Below, piece by piece: positions 10,907 to 19,824 of a DNA stretch of 40,103 bases (position 1 is the first letter of the stretch; each line of letters begins with the position of its first letter). This DNA is from Octopus bimaculoides (Eukaryota), in NCBI RefSeq assembly GCF_001194135.2, contig NC_068983.1, positions 123,255,117 to 123,295,219 on the forward strand, read 5' to 3'. A program made the position numbers and the translations under genes. The notes below the pieces were generated by a model, which was given only the letters and a program-made list of their open reading frames with translations, did not search any database and was not told the DNA's origin.

Positions 10907-11688
10907 TATCAGTAAAGTTTGAACTCAACCATATTATCAGTGGTCCAGTTCCTAGGTAAGCAATATGTCCCAATATTGTAAGTAATCTAGAATGGTTGTT
11001 TTTCATTGCCATTCTCATTGCACGTGACTATCATCTCAAAAATCATTCTTATTTCATGCTTAAACAAAATGCTGTTTTAATCTCTGGTAGTTGTGATTAT
11101 TTTGTTATCAAGTGTTATCAATATACTTAATCAAAATAAATACTGGAAAGATAACTTTTCTTTCATTTGTTATAGCTTCTGCTATAAATATTTGGATGAC
11201 TTTTTATCATTTATTTAGTAAATATTCATGTATGTGTGTGTCAGTGTGTTTACTCTTGGACTGAATTTAGCATCCAAATACAGGCTGCAATTTCAGCAAA
11301 AACAAAAAATAAATAAAATTTGAAAAGCTCAATGTGTTTTTAAAAATGGTAGAGTTGTCATGTGGTTTAACATACAAGCATGAAATTGAGAATTTTATAC
11401 AGCACATGAATAAATTATACTCCCATTAATGTCATCACAAGCTCTGATTAGCAAATCAACCTATACATTGTATTATCTAACTTGAAAAAAAGAAAACTTA
11501 CATGTTATGTCTTGTCTCAGAGTGCTATATAATGAACTACAGTCAAACTGCGAGTCCTATAAATTCAATCTTTGTACCTCAAATAATTGCATTTTTTTGT
11601 TAATTCCTATATTTTGAATTGTATAATATTCTACAAATATCATATTTAGTTAATTAATGTAGCTGCTTTGTTGTTTTATCAGGTCAAG

Positions 11689-12148
11689 ATGTCACTGTCA
11701 CGAAACCTTGTTACTGTGATAAATCTGGGTCGCATGGGTTTCTTAGCAGCTGCTGATCTTCAGAAAAGGTATGCCCGAGAGCATTTGGATTTCCTTGCTG
11801 GCAAACCTGGTGCTATTTCTCGTAATGTTATCCTCTTAGTCGAACATGACCCAGTTTACACAACAGGATTTAGGACTAAAACCTATACTGAAGAGGAAGC
11901 CCAGAGATTGAAATCACTTGGTGCCGATTTCTATCGCACTAATCGAGGTGGCATGATTACATTCCATGGTCCAGGTCAACTGGTTGCTTATCCAATACTT
12001 AACCTTTTGCAATTCCGTCCAAGTGTTAAATGGTATGTAAGCAGTTTAGAAGCAACTTTGATCAAGACTTGTGCTAACTGGGGCATAGCTGCCAAGACAA
12101 CTGTGGATACAGGTGTTTGGGTAGAAGATCGAAAAATAGGAGCAATTG
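11689..12148 (+). CDS. LIPT2: LIPT2 coding exon 1 (MSLSRNLV...RKIGAI-G)
   Basis: ATG at 11689, six bases after a candidate acceptor (ttttatcag, AG at 11681-11682); donor gtaag at 12149. Confidence 0.93.
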
Positions 12149-15100
12149 GTAAGATTTTTTTTTTAACCCTTTCTGAATTAAGTTTTAACATCCATTTTCC
12201 CAGTGTTGGCTAGTTTTGTGTATGATGTCATTTCTCAATCTTCATTCAAATTTTATTGAGGCCCATCATTTTCTCAGATCTGATCCTATTACTTTTGCTG
12301 TCAGTAAGGTGAGGGTTGGCAATGAGTATAGTGAAGAATTCCGGGTAGGGGTCCACCAAGGATCAGTCCTCAGCCTCCTCTTATTCATCATAGTCCTCCA
12401 GGCAATAACAGAGGAATTCAAGACAGGATGCTCCTGGGAGATCCTCTATGCTGATGACCTTGCTCTAATAGCTGAGTCACTATCAAAACTAGAGAAGTTT
12501 CAGGTGTAGAAGCAAGGTCTAGAATTGAAGGGCCTTAGAATCAACCTAGCAAAAACCAAAGTCTTAATAAGTAGGAAGGCAGATAAATCACAAGTTCCTT
12601 CAGATAGATGGCCATGCTTGATCTGTAGAAAAGGCATAGGTAGAAACTCCATAAGATGTACCCAGTATAAGCTATGGACACATAAGAGATGCAGCAGTAT
12701 CAAAGGAAGGCTAACTGGGAAGATAGTTTTTGTGTGTGGTAAATGCTCAGGGGCAATAAACACTGAAAATGTGCAGAAAACAGCTTCCGTCACATGCCAG
12801 TGGGAAAAACTAGTAGTTGATAGCTTCTGTTACCTAGGTGATCAAGTCAGTACAGGTGGTGGGGGGTGCTCTGAGAGTGTAGCTGCTAGAATAAGAATAG
12901 CCTGGGCAAATAGTCCACCAGCATCAGTCACAACTATGATTTCACTTGGCTTGACAGGTCTTCTCAAGCACAGCATATCGCCAACGGTCTTGGTCACTAG
13001 TCATTGCCTCTGTGAGGCCCAAAATTCGAAGATCATGCTTCACCAACTCGTCCCATGTCTTCCTGGATCTAACTCTGCCACAGGTTCCCTCTGCAGTTAG
13101 AGATCAGTACATACTAACAAATTTAGTTATTAAGTATATATACATCCATGTGTGTGTTGGTGTACATGCACACATGAAGCATTCTTAGTCAGCATATTTA
13201 TCATACAAACATTTATGTAACAGGATGGATCTTTAACTGCACATGATCTTAACAAGAGAAGAAACATAAAAAGCATTGACTTAGCTATAGTTTCATAGGA
13301 CACACTTCAGATCAAATGAACAATATTAGAGAAGTTACAGCTTTATTTACAGATGGGCTCTATTTTTAGAATATACAAGAATCTATGCACTTGTCATAAT
13401 TGGCTATATAACTATACTCTCTCTCAAATTTGTGTGATTGTTCCTCTATCAAAATGATATTATTTTAAGGATGGTGGATATAAAATATGTCTAATGCCAA
13501 ACTTAATATCTTTGGTATTTAGTTATGTCCTTTACCGCTTTAATTTCAGTTCCTGCTAGGCTTGATTTTTACCTTTCTTGCTTTGCAGGGTTGATAAATA
13601 TCATTCAAGTGTTGGGCCCTTCTAATTGACTATACCTTCTCCAGAAATATATCGCTTTGTTCTTCCTAAACATTGGGGAAGGTCTGTATTGAGACAACAC
13701 TCTCCTTACTGTAGTTAATTACTCCCACTTGTCCCTCAAAAGATTATAGAAGCTACAAAAACTTTTCCAAAATTTTAACCCGTCTTTTTTTTTAAATGGA
13801 ACTACTACAGTTAACTTCCTTGACCTAACCCGACATTCACAAACATTCTGCCCCTACTATAAGCCCAATGCAAACTTAATATATATCCATAAATCCTTTA
13901 ACCATCTACTTTCAATTTGGAATAGCATCATTAAAAACATATCTATTAGAATCTCTACCCTCTCTACCAATCAAACTTTGAAAACCATGACAAATATTAC
14001 AACTAAGCCCTTAAAAGAAGTGCTTAAAATCAAACAGCATCATACCATAATAACACCAAACTTAAACAGGCCAAGTCCATTAATAATCTAACTACTAGTG
14101 ATAATACCTAAAATACAACTACTAAATCTTACATTTCTAGAAATAATCTTACTGCCCACACACATAACAACTACTATAATCTTTGATTGAATAACAGATG
14201 ATGAACCCCTAAGCACTGGTACTATCTGTACAATCACAAACAGCAAACCCAGGAAACACCAGATATGTTGGTACACCCCACCCTCAGCTAACAACATTAA
14301 AACTTTCATTCCTAAAGCTATTTATAGTATATTAAGATAAGAAATCCCCCTCACTCCATCGCAGATACCACACCCTCTCTAATAGGAAAATCCTGAAATT
14401 ATCATATTCCACTACCTCAAACTTAGAAGCAATAGACACGTGGATACATACATGCATATATAGATATGCGACTGTGTGTGTGTGTGCGTAAAGTGATGGA
14501 TTCAAGAGCTTCATTTATTTATGAGTTGATTTCTTAATTTCACCAGAATATAAATACTTAAAAATATAATAAAAAAATGAAATAAAAGATTAAAAAGCAA
14601 GGGTAAGCAACACATAATTTGTGAAAAATTTTATCTCTGTGCAGGGTATGCATCACTCCTCCAATGTTTTTTTTTTTTCATTAGTATTATTATAACTATT
14701 GATATTATTACTATTATTATAATTATTATTGATACTGCTATTGGAGATGTTATCATCATCATCATTATGATCATGTTATGCTTTGGTTTTGCTTTAATTT
14801 ACACAAGTTACACCCAAGTCTCAATCAGAGACATCAAGAGACAATAAGGTTTTGCATCTGAAGATGCTAACAGGTGAGGTGCCAAACACCTATGTCTAGG
14901 GGGAAAAACACACTAAGTAAGGTTGCATTTATATGGACAGGAATTTATGTAGAATATATGCTGTACCCATAAGTATGATCTTTTGTAATTCACTTATTTT
15001 GGGGCTGTCAAGGATTTGGTCTACATTTTAGTTCGCTCCTCTTGATATCATTTCAGGTGCCCCAATAATAATAGTCAACGTTGTTTTGAGATGCCATATT

Positions 15101-16598
15101 CTTCTGATTTCAGTTTCTAGGTCTTTATATTTGCTGCAACATCAATCAGAAGACAAGTTTTTTCAGTATGATTAACAATGAGATCATGTCCACTTGCCTG
15201 TACTTTCCAATTAGTCTGAACACTGAAATTTCAAAGGATTGTAACCTTGGCATTCTGATAAAGTTGTGGTAACTTGTGTTCCCACCTGTTGTTTTTGTGA
15301 GAGAGGTTGTATGTGTGGTATATTGATCAGTGTATGTACTGAGCTGCCTTGTCATGCCTTTGCAAGTATTGTTGGTGCCCCTCTGCTTCGTCCAGAAATT
15401 ATGTGGTTGATTGTCTCTGGATGTTCTCTGTATATGCAGCATGATGAGCTGCTTTCATATTTCAAGACATTACTCTGGAAAGGGACTGATCCTGAGCAGC
15501 AGTGATATCCCCCTCAATTTCTGGTTTGAGACCCAGAGCATAACAGCCACAGATGAGTAAGGACTTGATCTACATTGGGTCCCTGATTCCAATCTGATCA
15601 CTGCTAATATGTTCAAGACTGTATACTACCAATCCCACTCACTACTAAAACTCTTAACTACACCTTGACACTGGTTCATTTCCTCCCCATCCTCTCCCCC
15701 AAACTTATGTCCTTCTCAATTCTTTGTCCTTTTCTACAGATTTTGTATGTAAACACACAGATACAACCATCCCATTTCTTTTCAATACTATTCACTTGTA
15801 CATTTCCTTTTCTTCTCTCTCTCTCTGTTTCTATCTCCTTTCTTTCTCCCTCTCTACACTTATTACTCTGACCATATATATTGAAATATTTCCATCAAAT
15901 GGTTTATATTTTGAAATGTTTTAACTTGCTTAATGGATTTCTTATATATTTTGCAAACCTGAAATGTACATATTAAATGATTTCAAAATATCACTATTTG
16001 GTTTGATTTCATTACTACAACTTATATGTATGCATATGCATGCATGTATATATATCATATTTACAAGCTAGTAACTCACTGTTTAATTCTTTTTCGTGTG
16101 TGTTGTCTGCATCCCCTATCTCTCTCTCTCTCATACACACACCCATGCTGCTATAAACTAAATTTTTTTAAATTTTTTATTTCAGGAATTCATACTCGCC
16201 GTTATGTTACAACACATGGAATCTCTTTGAATTGTAATCCAGAGCTGTCTTGGTTTAAATTCATTATTCCTTGTGAACTAAAAGGGAAATCTGTTACATC
16301 TATATCACAAGAAATAAATCAAGAGATCTCCATCAAAGATGTGACAAAATCCTTTTTGGAAAGTTTTTCAGAAGTATTTAACTGTAGCATTGAAACCTCA
16401 ATGCTTGAAAAGCATGAACACATATTCATTCCTCATCAAACCACATTTTCCAGCCAAAATGCATCAGCAACCACAACCCCCACTCCAGCAACTTCTACAG
16501 AATTTGCTAGCAAAACTATAGTTCCACCTGAGACACTGTATCGTTTACCATCTAAAGAGAAAGAAACTCCTGTAGACAGACAAATACCAATGTGGTGA
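11689..16598 (+). CDS. LIPT2: Lipoyl(octanoyl)transferase 2, LipB family; join(11689..12148,16186..16598), 290 aa
   Basis: Translation carries LipB/LIPT2 motifs EHDPVYTTG, RGGMITFHGPGQLVAYPILNL, TGVWVEDRKIGAIG (catalytic Lys), THGISLN and IIPC (catalytic Cys). Phase-1 intron G|gtaag...ttcag|GA joins the frames (873 nt, 291 codons including TGA). Confidence 0.95.
12296..12910 (+). mobile_element. RTE-clade LINE reverse-transcriptase fragment in the LIPT2 intron
   Basis: GVHQGSVLS..LF, LYADDL and GLRINLAKTKVL, followed by a Cys/His cluster and DSFCYLGD..ARIRIAW; in-frame stop at 12507-12509. Confidence 0.9.
12911..13110 (-). mobile_element. RTE LINE ORF 3' end, inverted relative to the adjoining fragment
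   Basis: Minus strand reads EGTCGRVRSRKTWDELVKHDLRILGLTEAMTSDQDRWRYAVLEKT; homologous to 37205-37510 on +. Confidence 0.85.
13810..14438 (+). mobile_element. Penelope-like element fragment (RT C-terminus/thumb), decayed
   Basis: VNFLDLT, PYYKPNANLIYIHKSFNH..ISIRISTLSTN, WYTPP..NIKT and NRKILKLSYSTTSNL, with frameshifts and stops. Confidence 0.8.
14950..15515 (-). mobile_element. R4/Dong-like RLE non-LTR retrotransposon C-terminal fragment
   Basis: Minus strand reads ITAAQDQSL, ETINHIISG, RHD, KTCLLIDVA, KYKDLETEIRRIWHL, IIIGA and ELQKIILMGTAYILHKFL; many stops. Confidence 0.75.
16186..16598 (+). CDS. LIPT2: LIPT2 coding exon 2 (GIHTRRYVTTHG...RQIPMW*)
   Basis: T-rich tract and ttcag acceptor ending at 16185; homology resumes exactly at GIHTRRYVTTHGISLNC; TGA at 16596-16598. 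Confidence 0.93.
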
Positions 16599-16792
16599 GC
16601 ATCGAATGGTGTGGAGTTTGGTATTGGAGAGAATTGTATATATATATTCTTTTAATTTTGTTTTGCACCACTCAGTTTTCAATTTATTTACAGTATTTTA
16701 AAAAGGGTATTTTTTGTATATTTTATTTTTACATTGTTATTTTTCTTAATACAGAACTATAAAATGCAAAATGTACACAAACAATGAGTAAT

Positions 16793-16798
16793 AATAAA
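16793..16798 (+). promoter_or_regulatory. Candidate LIPT2 polyadenylation signal
   Basis: First AATAAA, about 195 nt after the stop in an AU-rich 3' region; a second lies at 17004-17009. Not verifiable without RNA data. Confidence 0.35.
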
Positions 16799-17137
16799 AA
16801 AAAAGCTAAAATATACCATGAAAGATATTTTTGTTCTGCAATTTAATTAATATTGATTTGTTGACTAAATACAGTATTGTGGTATAAATATCATGTTTAG
16901 CTCTAGTATATTATTGGTACGTTTTGACTTTTATCTACTTCAAAGTGATATAAAACAAAAGTCAACCTCAGAAATTTTTGAATGCAGATTGTACAGAGAT
17001 ATGAATAAAAAAAACCTCTATTTTAGTACATCTCATGCACCTGTATAATCTTCCCAACAGCTATAATACCACTTATAGTTTAATGTCTGTCACATGTATT
17101 AGGGCCAGCTTCATGTGCAGAAATAACTGAGTAAACC

Positions 17138-17215
17138 ATAATAATCCTTTCTACTGAAGGCACAAGTCCTTGAAATTTTGGGGAAGGGGACTAGTCAATT
17201 GTATCGACCCCAGTG
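17138..17215 (-). mobile_element. SINE 3' fragment abutting the Gypsy integrase remnant
   Basis: CACTGGGGTCGATAC..CAAAATTTCAAGGACTTGTGCC..AGTAGAAAGGATTATTAT, the same tail as the 2104-2578 copies. Confidence 0.75.
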
Positions 17216-18716
17216 TTTCTGGCTATTTCGAGAAACTATCAACTACCACTAAGTAGTAAGAACTATTTAAAGGTCCAGTGATATCGATGTGTAGTCTCAA
17301 CTATGGAACATCTATTTCTGAACAATGTTTACTTTTTATTGTGGGCAATTTTTGTTTCGGCTTACAAACAAGATGTTCCACTCTGTTTTACTGCAATTTT
17401 TTTGTTTCAGTCCCTCAACCACATTTGAACCTTCAACTGAACCAATTATATTTCCACTCAAAACACTTATGGGTGTTTCCACAACTTGAATAGTTCCATC
17501 CACTCTCTGCCAAATAAATTAAGTGGACTTTTTAACACATATACCTTTGCCTTTTTTGTTTGACCTCAAAATGTTACATACAAATTCACCAAAAAAAAAT
17601 ATAATCTTTTTCCCATAACACCATGTGCTACCTTTCTCGATTTAATTAATTTCAGCTTACTAACATATTTCCAAGTTTTTCATTTATAAGGGCGATATCA
17701 CTACCAGTGTCCCTGATTTTCACATTCATGTTCTGACATTTTGTCATCGTCCTACAGTGCATCTTTATATGTCCTGTATTTCCACAATGAAAGCACTCCA
17801 CATTTTTTAAATGGACAATTTTTCCTGAGGTGAATACCTCCACATACAAAACATGGGTTTATTTCCTGATTTTTGTCATGATTTTTAGAAAACACTTTAT
17901 CTCTATTCTGACTATTTTGCACTTACTTTACCTGGAAACAATCTTTACGTTCAATTTCCTTTGTGCTGTGTCTTAATTTGACTATCCTTTCACATTCTTC
18001 TGACACTTGCTGGCTTTGTTCCAGCTTTGTGAGAATTCTAGTTCTAACTTCTGCATCTTTTTTGGCATTAAGTCCCTGTGTAAAAATCAGGCATTGGAAC
18101 ATATCTGATGTTAATTCATCTAGTTTAAACTTCTCACATTCCCTGTTAGCTCTACCAGCATGTATGATGTAGTCATCGTTGTTTTTCTCTATGTTTAGAC
18201 ACTTCCAATGCATGTTGAACAATGAGCTTTTCTCACTGAAAATTTTACACAATATATCTATTGTATCATTAAAGTTAATGTCCGAAGGTTTTCTTGATAG
18301 TACATAATTACTGTATCATTCATGTTGTTACCACCAGTTTTCTTAAGATTAAGCACATTTTCATCTCACCATCCCAATCTTTACATTCTTTCTTGAAGAT
18401 TTGCTCATATTTTCTGTAGTATGCTTCAAAGGTAACTCCTTCATCATTTGAACTCTTGTTATGGAGTTCATGACATAATCTGGTGAGAACACTTTTTCTA
18501 ACTTTCCTGACAAATGCAGTAATTGCAGCATTTGTTGCTGTAATATTATTTGTTGTTGCTGTTTTTGCAACTCGAGCAAACTGGCCAACAAATTTTCCAT
18601 GAGTTAACGATTTGTTTTCAAAAAATTCACACAACAAAAACTTTTGTGAGTTTGTTAATTCCTCGTCGCCACTGTTGTATTCCTTAAAAATATTGGACTA
18701 TTATAACACCCACTTC
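17216..18716 (-). mobile_element. Internally deleted Ty3/Gypsy LTR retrotransposon (gag, CCHC knuckle, protease, integrase remnant)
   Basis: Gag-like TFEAYYRKYEQIF and FQCLIFTQGL..DAEVRTRIL; knuckle CFHCGNTGHIKMHC (CX2CX4HX4C, 17795-17754); protease DTGSD and NLFGREWM; integrase LHIDITGPL..YLVVVDSFSK (17309-17219). No recognisable RT or RNase H. Confidence 0.85.
18660..18671 (-). promoter_or_regulatory. Primer-binding site TGGCGACGAGGA of the Gypsy element (tRNA-Ser(GCU)-like)
   Basis: Lies 1 nt after an LTR-like ...ACA end (18673) and upstream of gag; complementary to the remembered 3' end of metazoan tRNA-Ser(GCU), ..UCCUCGUCGCCA. Confidence 0.65.
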
Positions 18717-19668
18717 CTAATGCCAACCACTCCACAGAGTGTACTGGGCGCTTTTTATGTGGCACTAGTGCTTTTAGTGTGGTACCAGCACTGATTTCAA
18801 TTCTGCTGTGGCATTATAAAATAATAGTGTCATAGCTTCGCAGGAAGGAGTTGCTGCTGTCTAGCCCCAAGTCAGCTTTGACTGAATAGGCTTATGACCA
18901 AAAGCATTCCAGTTGCAACCATTCCATATTTTTCAAACTTGTGAAACCAGAATCACATTATCCAATGGGTCCTTTTCTAAAATGGTAGGATGGGAAATGA
19001 GGAAGATTTGACTGCTATTTCTGGCAGATCACATAGACACTTCCGAGTTGGCTTGGCACTACATGCTCATAGTTTAGATCTTATTAATGACGTGTTACTC
19101 CATTGAGGGATGTACATAACTCTGCTCAAGTTTTCCTAGCTAAAATCTAAAAATTGGCTTGTAGAGAAAAATATCCAGTAGCACCAAGACATATTTTAGG
19201 CACCATCTGGTTCTTATTACATGAAGTGATACCTAGCATTTATAGCAGCTGGTCAGGTTTTATTTATGTGGAGTTAGTGCTCAAAGAGGGTTTAATACAA
19301 GATTTTCTTTCATATGCATCATGTCTCATGGATTGCTGGAAGTAAAAACTTTGTGATGAGTAAATTAAAATAACTTCAACAATGAATTGAATCTATATCA
19401 TGGTCTTCATTTACTTGGATCTTATCTCTTTTTTTTATCACACAACTTGACAGTTAAAAACAAATATGATTTCAAAACAATTTATGTATTTCATGGTTCT
19501 TTTGTAAATTTCAAAAAATCTTCAAAACACACACAGAATTTCTCAAGGTATTACTTGTCATAATTATTTCATACATTTACACGATGCTGTGTTTTTCTAG
19601 ATTTCAGTGTAGTCCATAGAATCACCCTGGCAGGATTTAAACTGAGTACAAGAAGTTGAACCAAAATT

Positions 19669-19824
19669 CTAAACATTCTGCCCCAAATCCTGACGTTTAA
19701 CATCAACCACTTTGAAATCTTCAGCAAGTTCAACTTTGATTAAATTATCACCAACACTTTTAAGAATATCTTCCAAAATTATCTTCACGCTTATTTTGTC
19801 TTTGCCAGAATTCTTGCTCAGTGT
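19669..19824 (-). CDS. ELAC1: ELAC1 last coding exon (TLSKNSGK...[21 protein letters not shown])
   Basis: Pyrimidine tract and tag acceptor, phase 0; terminal LAEDF motif; TAG at 19671-19669. Confidence 0.88.
   Translation of the reverse strand, partial: TLSKNSGKDKISVKIILEDILKSVGDNLIKVELAEDFKVVDVKRQDLGQNV

Noticed and set aside
10752-11018. Thr/Ala- and Val-rich ORFs on both strands
   Set aside because: Trinucleotide-repeat artefacts.
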